Part shown: positions 1 to 8,166 of the stretch, one piece after another | Position numbering within the stretch: position 1 is the stretch's first letter | Layout of the letters: each line of letters starts with the position of its first letter | From: Candidatus Peregrinibacteria bacterium | GTDB lineage: Bacteria > Patescibacteriota > Gracilibacteria > UBA1369 > LOWO2-01-FULL-3 | Assembly: GCA_016206505.1 (NCBI GenBank) | Contig: JACQRJ010000024.1 | Location: 1-46,031 of the forward strand | Direction: 5' to 3' | DNA length: 46,031 nt | Position numbers and translations under genes: made by a program | Notes under the pieces: model-generated | Database searches by the model: none | The model's input: the letters and a program-made list of their open reading frames with translations, nothing else | Told to the model about the DNA's origin: nothing

Positions 1-18
1 CCCCCAACCCATAAACAA

Positions 19-54
19 TTGATTTCTGTATACAATTGATATAAAATGTATACA
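19..54 (+). promoter_or_regulatory. Sigma70-type promoter with two TGTATACA operator-like palindromes; probably a leaderless transcript
   Basis: TTGATT (19-24), a 17-bp spacer, TAAAAT (42-47), then ATG at 54. TGTATACA palindromes at 27-34 and 47-54. Confidence 0.7.
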
Positions 55-350
55 TGACTAAAATAATCAGTGTCCGTATAGATTCCGGCTTGGCCGCAAG
101 GCTGGATAAGACAAGCAAAAAGCTCAATCTCGATAAAACCGGCTTTGTTAGAATCGTTTTGACAAAGGGATTGAAAGAGCTTGAAAAATCGGATGCCCTT
201 GATAGCTACAAACGCGGCGAGATCTCACTCGGCAAGCTCTCCGAGTTGGTAGATATGAATTATTGGGATACCCTCGATTTGCTAAGTTCCGAAAAAATAC
301 CTCTAAATTATGGCAAAGAGGACTTTAAAGAAGATACTGAATATTTATAA
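54..350 (+). CDS. UPF0175-family putative antitoxin with N-terminal ribbon-helix-helix-like segment
   Basis: 98 aa. The N-terminus IISVRIDSGLAARLD is RHH-like. The C-terminus ALDSYKRGEISLGKLSELVDM is the UPF0175 pattern. It abuts the PIN gene. Confidence 0.8.
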   Translation: MTKIISVRIDSGLAARLDKTSKKLNLDKTGFVRIVLTKGLKELEKSDALDSYKRGEISLGKLSELVDMNYWDTLDLLSSEKIPLNYGKEDFKEDTEYL

Positions 351-821
351 ATGAAATTTGTTGCAGATTGTTCACCGCTGATTTTTCTGGCAAAACTTGA
401 TGTTTTTGATTTGTTGAATAAAGATGAGATCTTGATCACTTTTGAAGTGCAAGAAGAGCTGCTTATAAAAGAAAGCCCGGAAAAAGATAAAATCGTGAAA
501 TTTTTATCTCAAAAAAATGTCAAAATCGCAAAAGTGTTAAAGCCCGATAACTTCAGCGAAGTCCTTGGCAAGGGCGAACTGTCTACTATAAATCTGGCTC
601 TGGAAAAAAAGATTCCCAACGTTTTGATGGATGATCGCCGCGCCCGCTCACTTGCAAAAATACGTAATTTAAAACCCCGCGGAACTTTATGGCTAATTCT
701 GCGCGCCTATAAAAACGGCCTTTTAAACAAAACACAAACGCACGACTTGATCTACGATCTGCCATCAATAGGATTTCGCATCGATCAGGAATTTTTGTTC
801 ACAATTCTGAAAAATCTTTAA
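351..821 (+). CDS. PIN-domain protein (DUF3368 family), putative toxin
   Basis: VADCSPLIFLAK, LGKGELSTI, LMDDRRAR and GTLWLIL motifs are typical of DUF3368/PIN proteins. It starts immediately after the upstream stop. Confidence 0.85.
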   Translation: MKFVADCSPLIFLAKLDVFDLLNKDEILITFEVQEELLIKESPEKDKIVKFLSQKNVKIAKVLKPDNFSEVLGKGELSTINLALEKKIPNVLMDDRRARSLAKIRNLKPRGTLWLILRAYKNGLLNKTQTHDLIYDLPSIGFRIDQEFLFTILKNL

Positions 822-846
822 ATTCCCTTCCCCTCCCCACCTTTTA

Positions 847-855
847 TGCTAGAAT
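847..855 (+). promoter_or_regulatory. Extended -10 promoter (TGcTAGAAT) for ugd, leaderless
   Basis: TG-C-TAGAAT at 847-855, then 6 nt, then ATG at 862. No SD motif. Confidence 0.6.
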
Positions 856-861
856 CCGGCC

Positions 862-2316
<1,455 letters not shown>

Positions 2317-2329
2317 ATTTCCCTTTTCC

Positions 2330-3340
2330 ATGCAAAAAATCCGCTTCGGTATCGTCGGCTGCGGCAAAATTTTCGATCGACACGCGGAAGCGATCAAAGC
2401 AAACTCTGAAAATGCGGAGCTTTTTGCAGTCAGCGATAAAAATATGGAACGCCTCGAAGAAATAAAAAATCTTTACCCGACGGTCAAAACCTATGATTCA
2501 TATGAGGCTTTTTTGAATGACTCCGATGTCGACATGATAGTGATTTGCACCCCCTCCGGCCTCCATGCCCAAATGGCCAAAGCCGCATTGGAAAAAGGAA
2601 AGCATGTCCTCTGCGAAAAGCCCCTGGCCATGCACCCCGATGATTTAAAAGAACTAAACGCACTTGCCAAAGAAAAAAATCTTCACCTTTTCGAAGTCAA
2701 ACAAAACCGCTACAGCCCTGCCATCAAAATTCTCAAAGAAGCCCTACAACAAGGCCGCCTTGGCCGCATTCTCCTCGGCAATGCCACGGTCCGCTGGAAT
2801 CGTACTGAAGAGTATTACAATCAGGCCGACTGGTTCGGCACTTTAAAAATGGATGGCGGAGTTATTCTCAATCAGGCCATTCATCACATTGATCTGCTTT
2901 GTTTTATGATGGGAACGCCGAAATCCGTTATGGGCATCGCCGAAGTTTTGAATCATGATATAGAAGCCCCCGACACGGCGCTTGCCATTGTGCGATTTGA
3001 AGGAGGCAGCCTTGGAAATCTCGAATTAACCACCTGCGCCGCTCCTACAAACATCGAAGGTTCCATCACGATCATGGGCGACAAAGGCACTATAAAAGTC
3101 GGCGGCAAATCTTTGGACAATTTCGACATCTGGCAGGTTGAAAATTATGAAAAACCGCAAATCCCGGATGCCCAATTTTCCAATCACGCACTTCTCTACA
3201 AAGACATTATCTCTCTTTTCGCCGGTGAAAATATTGGCAACTTGATTAACGCGGAAGAAGCCCTAAAATCATTACAACTCGCTCAGGCGATTTTTGATTC
3301 CGCAAAAGAACATCGCGAAATAAATATCAATCCGGCATAA
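2330..3340 (+). CDS. Gfo/Idh/MocA oxidoreductase (WbpB/WlbA-like UDP-GlcNAcA 3-dehydrogenase)
   Basis: GIVGCGKI, HVLCEKPLA, VKQNRY and GGVILNQAIHHIDL motifs. Start moved to ATG 2330 (in frame with 2255) to avoid overlapping ugd. Confidence 0.85.
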   Translation: MQKIRFGIVGCGKIFDRHAEAIKANSENAELFAVSDKNMERLEEIKNLYPTVKTYDSYEAFLNDSDVDMIVICTPSGLHAQMAKAALEKGKHVLCEKPLAMHPDDLKELNALAKEKNLHLFEVKQNRYSPAIKILKEALQQGRLGRILLGNATVRWNRTEEYYNQADWFGTLKMDGGVILNQAIHHIDLLCFMMGTPKSVMGIAEVLNHDIEAPDTALAIVRFEGGSLGNLELTTCAAPTNIEGSITIMGDKGTIKVGGKSLDNFDIWQVENYEKPQIPDAQFSNHALLYKDIISLFAGENIGNLINAEEALKSLQLAQAIFDSAKEHREININPA

Positions 3341-3352
3341 AACCATCTTATC

Positions 3353-3973
3353 ATGCAAAACGATCATTCCCAAATTCACAACGTCGATTTTGCAAAAGCC
3401 GAAGCCACACCTCCGCAAATCGGCCATTTTTGTCTGATCGGCGATGAACAAGGCGGAAAAAACGCCATCGGCAAAAACGCCAAAATCCGCTCACACAGCA
3501 TCATCTACGGCGGCAACAAAATCGGTGACAATTTTCAGACCGGACATCACGTCATGATCCGCGAAAACAATATCATCGGCAATGATGTGAGTGTGGGCAG
3601 TTACTCCAATATCGAACATCACGTCACCATCGAAGATGGCGTAAGAATCCACTCCGGCTGCTTTATTCCCGAATATTGTCATTTAAAAAAAGACTGCTGG
3701 ATCGGCCCGAAAGTTTGCTTTACAAATGCCAGATATCCGCGCTCAAAACGCGTCAAAGACGAATTAAAAGGTGCAATAGTCGGCGAAAATGCCAAAATCG
3801 GCGCCAATACAACAATTCTCCCCGGAATCAAAATCGGCAAAAATGTTCTCATCGGAGCCGGTTCTGTAATTACCAAAGATATTCCCGATGACTCTGTCGC
3901 TTGTGGCAACCCGGCCAAAGTGGTAAAAAAAACCAGTGAATTATTTTATGAAGACGGTGAAAGTGTTTATTGA
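3353..3973 (+). CDS. Hexapeptide-repeat N-acetyltransferase (WbpD-like)
   Basis: Left-handed beta-helix repeats, IGPKVCFTNARYPRS, and IGAGSVITKD..GNPAK. Confidence 0.88.
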   Translation: MQNDHSQIHNVDFAKAEATPPQIGHFCLIGDEQGGKNAIGKNAKIRSHSIIYGGNKIGDNFQTGHHVMIRENNIIGNDVSVGSYSNIEHHVTIEDGVRIHSGCFIPEYCHLKKDCWIGPKVCFTNARYPRSKRVKDELKGAIVGENAKIGANTTILPGIKIGKNVLIGAGSVITKDIPDDSVACGNPAKVVKKTSELFYEDGESVY

Positions 3974-4047
3974 AATTTTTAGATTTTTATCTTCCGCCCT
4001 TACCATCTACATACGCAGACCACTTATCCTAACTTCTAATCCTCCCC

Positions 4048-5226
4048 ATGATCCCCTTCGTCGATCTGAAAACCCAATACCAAAGCCTCAAGCCCGAAAT
4101 AGATGCAGCTATTCAAAAAGTCATTGATGATTGCGCTTTTGTCCATGGTAAATATTGTGAGGAATTTGAAAATAATTTTGCCCGAGCTTGCGAAAAAGCG
4201 ATCTGCATCGGCACCAGCAACGGCACCACAGCTCTCGAACTTGCTTTGCGCGCCTACAGCATAGGTCCTGGCGACGAAGTTATCGTCCCCTCTCACACTT
4301 TTATTGCCACCGCCGAAGTCGTTTCCATCCTCGGCGCCACTCCTGTTTTCGCCGAAATAGACGAATCGACTTACACGATCGACCCAAAAGACATCGAAAA
4401 ACGCATTACGCCAAAAACCAAAGCCATTATCCCCGTCCATCTCTACGGCCAGGCCGCCGATATGGACAGCATTCTGGAAATTGCTCAAAAACACAATCTG
4501 AAAGTAATCGAAGACTGCGCCCAGGCTCATCTTGCAAAATACAAAGGCAAAACGGTTCCTGTAGGCGAAATCGGTTGTTTCAGTTTCTTCCCCGGTAAAA
4601 ACCTTGGCGCATACGGCGATGCCGGCGCAGTTGTCACCGACAATCCCGAACTCGCCAAGAAAATCTCGCAATTCCTGAATCACGGCCGCGAAAAAGGTGA
4701 AAAATACAAACATACCTCCATAGGAAACAACTACCGCATGGACGGCCTGCAGGGAGCAATTCTCAATGTAAAACTCAAATATCTGCAAAAATGGACCGAT
4801 CATAGACGAGCCGCAGCCCAAAAATACCGCGATGGCCTTTCGGCGCCAACGTCGACAAATACTGCTCTGCCACAAGGCGGATCCGTCCCTTCATCAGCGG
4901 CAGCACCCACTTTTGCGGCAAACTCGGAAGCCAACCCCCTTCTCCTGCCCTTCGAAGCTGACTACGCTTATCACGTCTATCATCTCTTTGTCCTCCGTTC
5001 TCCCCGCCGCGACGAAATCATCAAAAAACTCCGCGAAAATCAGATCGAATGCGGCATCCATTACCCAATCCCTCTACATCTCCAGCCAGCGTACGCAAAT
5101 CTCGGCTACAAAGAAGGAGACTTTCCCGTCACCGAAAAAATCGTCAAAGAAATCTTCAGCCTGCCGATCTGCGGGGAGGTCACCGATGAGTCAATAGAAA
5201 AAGTCATATCCGCCATCTCCATTTAG
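4048..5226 (+). CDS. DegT/DnrJ/EryC1/StrS aminotransferase (WbpE-like) carrying a ~28-aa low-complexity insertion
   Basis: MIPFVDLKTQY, IEDCAQAH, SFFPGKNLGAYGDAG (PLP lysine) and HYPIPLHLQPAY. Confidence 0.93.
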   Translation: MIPFVDLKTQYQSLKPEIDAAIQKVIDDCAFVHGKYCEEFENNFARACEKAICIGTSNGTTALELALRAYSIGPGDEVIVPSHTFIATAEVVSILGATPVFAEIDESTYTIDPKDIEKRITPKTKAIIPVHLYGQAADMDSILEIAQKHNLKVIEDCAQAHLAKYKGKTVPVGEIGCFSFFPGKNLGAYGDAGAVVTDNPELAKKISQFLNHGREKGEKYKHTSIGNNYRMDGLQGAILNVKLKYLQKWTDHRRAAAQKYRDGLSAPTSTNTALPQGGSVPSSAAAPTFAANSEANPLLLPFEADYAYHVYHLFVLRSPRRDEIIKKLRENQIECGIHYPIPLHLQPAYANLGYKEGDFPVTEKIVKEIFSLPICGEVTDESIEKVISAISI

Positions 5227-5334
5227 GCAAAAATATTTATTCCCTCGACTCTCGATTTCAACATTTCAAGCCGCATATTTGGGGAACTCATTATTTTATG
5301 ATTTGCGTGAATTTATCCTGAATGCAATTTTTAC

Positions 5335-6501
5335 CTATGCGCTTTTGTACTCGAGGAAAAAATTGTCAAATTGCGATCTAGCCGCTTGTATGTTGAGCCG
5401 CCAGCGATTTGGTTCGTCCAGTTCGTGGCGGATTACTCCGTGGTGGCAAAACTCGTGGTGAACTTCGCAGAGACCGACTAGCGATTCATGGCTTCTATTG
5501 AATGAAAATGGTATTTTGTGATGATAGTTTTCGATGGGTTTTACACAGTTTGGATAGGCGCATTTGTGATTTTGTTTGATGTCGATTTCGCGCTTTTTGT
5601 CGCGCGGGATGGTGTGGGAGGGAAATTTTGGCGGTTTGGTTGGAGTGGCTTTGGAAGCGGCGGGGAGGGGCGCGGCCGAGTGTTTTCTAATTTTGCACGG
5701 CCAATGTGTCGTGTTTACAGATGCTGTTTTTGAAATTTGATTTTCGGTAACTGGTGTGGTTGCCTGATTTTGAGAAACGTTCCCGGGAACGTCTTTAGAT
5801 TTCGATTTTTGGCTTGCTGATTGGGTTTTGCCTGACTCTTTCAACTTTTTCAAAATCATCCTCAATGCTTCTTTATTTGATAAATTTTCGCCATATTCCT
5901 TTTTCAACTGATTGAAGATGATCTGCATTTCTTCGTCAAGTTCAATGCTCACTTTCGGTACAACCGCACAGCATTTTGCCTCAAATTGCGCTGCGTCTTC
6001 AGCATTTTCGCCACTCGCTTCTTGCTTCACCTCTTCATCATTCCCCATTTTGCCGCTTTTCCTCACCTCCTTCGCAAACTCAAAAAGTACCGGTTTTCGC
6101 ATCCTCTGGACATGATCGGCGTAGAATTTTTCAGTTTCCGGCGTAGCCAATTTGGCCACCATCGCCACTTTGTAGATTCCTTTGCTTTCGATCTGTGCTC
6201 GAAGTAACGGTTTATCTTCAGTGTTTCTCAAAGTGCGCAGCGCCAATTGCACCGTTTCTTTTGAAAGTTTTGCGTATTTGAAGGCGTATTCATAGATTGT
6301 TGAGCAATTGTGTTTTTTGTAAATTTCCTGTTCATAAATTTCGAGAAGCAGCATCATCAAGCGGTTTTTCATCTTGTGAATGTCAAAAACGAGGGCGCGG
6401 AACTGGCGGTGGAGATCGGGCGAATTGTTCGCATTTGCGATCATTGCAGTGCCGATTTCATTTGCCGGTTTTGTCCTTTCTTTTTCAGCAATTTTTTCCA
6501 T
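5335..6501 (-). CDS. HNH-endonuclease-like protein with DUF222-like helical N-terminus
   Basis: C-terminal CAYPNC...HH...LCEVHH Zn/HNH pattern. Helical N-terminus with YKKHNCSTIYEYA. Low-complexity linker between the two. Confidence 0.7.
   Translation of the reverse strand: MEKIAEKERTKPANEIGTAMIANANNSPDLHRQFRALVFDIHKMKNRLMMLLLEIYEQEIYKKHNCSTIYEYAFKYAKLSKETVQLALRTLRNTEDKPLLRAQIESKGIYKVAMVAKLATPETEKFYADHVQRMRKPVLFEFAKEVRKSGKMGNDEEVKQEASGENAEDAAQFEAKCCAVVPKVSIELDEEMQIIFNQLKKEYGENLSNKEALRMILKKLKESGKTQSASQKSKSKDVPGNVSQNQATTPVTENQISKTASVNTTHWPCKIRKHSAAPLPAASKATPTKPPKFPSHTIPRDKKREIDIKQNHKCAYPNCVKPIENYHHKIPFSFNRSHESLVGLCEVHHEFCHHGVIRHELDEPNRWRLNIQAARSQFDNFFLEYKSA
5777..5792. repeat. Perfect 16-bp palindrome ACGTTCCCGGGAACGT inside the HNH gene
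   Basis: Read directly. The 12-bp core CGTTCCCGGGAA recurs at 6703-6714. Confidence 0.75.
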
Positions 6502-6690
6502 AGAATTTTTATTAGAAATTGCTACAAATCTAGCACAAATCCTTTAATCGAAACAGCTTAAACAAGCCGCAAAACATGATTATGACACATTTTCCCGGCC
6601 AAATTTATCACCCCGAAAATTACTCTCAAAACAGCCCTCAAATCGAGTTCGCTTTTTGTCCGAAAAGGGCGTCAAGTCGAAGTTGGCGCC

Positions 6691-6728
6691 GTTCTAAGAT
6701 TCCGTTCCCGGGAATGCAATCTTAGAAC
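6691..6728. repeat. 38-bp near-perfect palindrome overlapping the lhgO stop; possible terminator or operator
   Basis: GTTCTAAGATT-CCGTTCCCGGGAATGC-AATCTTAGAAC, with two mismatched pairs. Confidence 0.65.
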
Positions 6729-8110
6729 CTGCGGTCATTTAAAAAAACAGACTCCAAAGCTTCATTCCTCGATCTCAATAAACCAAGGCATCCTTCATTC
6801 TGCAAACGCTCCATCACAAGCCGCGTATACGCCGGTGCGCCGGTAGCTCCCGGGGAATTGTAATTCAAAATATGCAATGAATTTTCACCAAAAACCTGCA
6901 AAGCTTCCGGAACAAATTTCCCTTCTTTATCGACCAATGTACTGCGCACGCCGGCCTTTCCCGGCCCGCTTAAAAATTCATTTTTCACCGCCGGCATAAA
7001 TTGCTTAAGTCTCCCAACCATCATTTTATGCGAAATCGAACTGCGCCATTCGCTCCATGACAATTTCAAAAATTCCGGATTCAAAAGCAGCCTCATTTTA
7101 TTTCCTCGCGGCATCTCAAAAATCTTTTTCATAAAATCCGCAAAACTGTCGCTAAAACCCTTATATTTATAAGGCCCGATTACCGGCACCGCATTTGGCC
7201 CGATGATGACCTCACCGTTACTGCAAACCACCCAATGCGGATCAAGAAAAGGAAAAGCGCTGTTTTTTGGGACGGAATAAATATTGCGCCCGGACAAATT
7301 GGCATGTTCCGGCTTGATAACCCAGTATTCCCCACGAAAATTCAGATCACTATAATCCAAAGCAACCTTCATCATGTGGGCAAATTTCAAAGCATTTCCC
7401 CCTGCGCAATTCACCAAAAAATCAGTCACAATTTTCCGCCCGTCTTTGGCAACAAGCAGTCCTCCGTCATCCAAAATTTCCTCCACCTCAAAATCGGTCA
7501 CAAATCTTACGCCGTTTGCCTGTGCATCTGCTCGCAAAGCTCTTGTAAAAGCCCCAAAATCCACCGAAGTATCGGTCTTGCAATACAAAGCCGCCGGTGC
7601 TTTCACATTGGGCTCCAGCTCTGTCAATTGCTCATGCGATAAAAATTCCAGCTCACCATCCGACATGCCATTGTCCACTGCCCACTTTTGATATTTATGC
7701 AAAGTCGCTATTTGTTCATCATCCATAGCCACTTCCACAGTCCCGCATTCTTTCCAGGGAAGACCCCGAAAAGCGGCATATTTTTTCCACATATGATAAG
7801 ACTGCTCTGCCGCTTTTGCTATGGCGGCCTTGGCTATCGGATTCAAATAAAAAGGCCGATGAATCACTCCGGTGTTTCTGCCGCTCATATGCATCGCCAC
7901 GTCGGGCTCCTTTTCGAGTACTACGATATCTTTTCCCTCATAAAAAACCGAAAGCCAGTAGGCCAAAGTCGTCCCAAAAATTCCACCGCCCAAAATCACC
8001 AATGGGGACTCTGAAATTGATCGCAACCCGCCTAAGGCGGGTGGAGAATCAAACTTTTTCGACAACGCCATAGATGGTACTTTTTCAAAGTCCCCAAGTT
8101 TGCTTTGCAT
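6722..8110 (-). CDS. lhgO: FAD-dependent oxidoreductase, L-2-hydroxyglutarate oxidase (LhgO)-like, with an in-frame repeat insertion near the N-terminus
   Basis: VILGGGIFG, LEKEPDVAMHMSGRNTGVIH, FRGEY, IYSVP..FPFLDPH and NYNSPGATGA. Start chosen at ATG 8110, downstream of a minus-strand TACAAT (8124-8119). Confidence 0.75.
   Translation of the reverse strand: MQSKLGDFEKVPSMALSKKFDSPPALGGLRSISESPLVILGGGIFGTTLAYWLSVFYEGKDIVVLEKEPDVAMHMSGRNTGVIHRPFYLNPIAKAAIAKAAEQSYHMWKKYAAFRGLPWKECGTVEVAMDDEQIATLHKYQKWAVDNGMSDGELEFLSHEQLTELEPNVKAPAALYCKTDTSVDFGAFTRALRADAQANGVRFVTDFEVEEILDDGGLLVAKDGRKIVTDFLVNCAGGNALKFAHMMKVALDYSDLNFRGEYWVIKPEHANLSGRNIYSVPKNSAFPFLDPHWVVCSNGEVIIGPNAVPVIGPYKYKGFSDSFADFMKKIFEMPRGNKMRLLLNPEFLKLSWSEWRSSISHKMMVGRLKQFMPAVKNEFLSGPGKAGVRSTLVDKEGKFVPEALQVFGENSLHILNYNSPGATGAPAYTRLVMERLQNEGCLGLLRSRNEALESVFLNDRRF
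8004..8095. mobile_element. Internally shortened copy (92 bp) of the palindromic MITE-like element, in frame in lhgO
   Basis: TIRs GGGGACTCTGAAA / TTTCAAAGTCCCC (1 mismatch). The right half GAGAATCAAACTTTTTCGACAACGCCATAGATGGTACTTTTTCA matches the copies at 21195 and 34349. Confidence 0.8.
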
Positions 8111-8166
8111 CAGCGTGGATTGTAAGGCATAATCCGCCACAACTACAACTCTTTTTAAAACAACAA

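Noticed and set aside
4036-4875. 279-aa minus-strand ORF and the many other short overlapping ORFs in the track
   Set aside because: They are shadows of well-supported genes and have no recognisable motifs.
5335-6501. IscB/Cas9-like RNA-guided nuclease
   Set aside because: No RuvC motifs or PLMP start are recognisable, and there is no adjacent array or convincing structured RNA.
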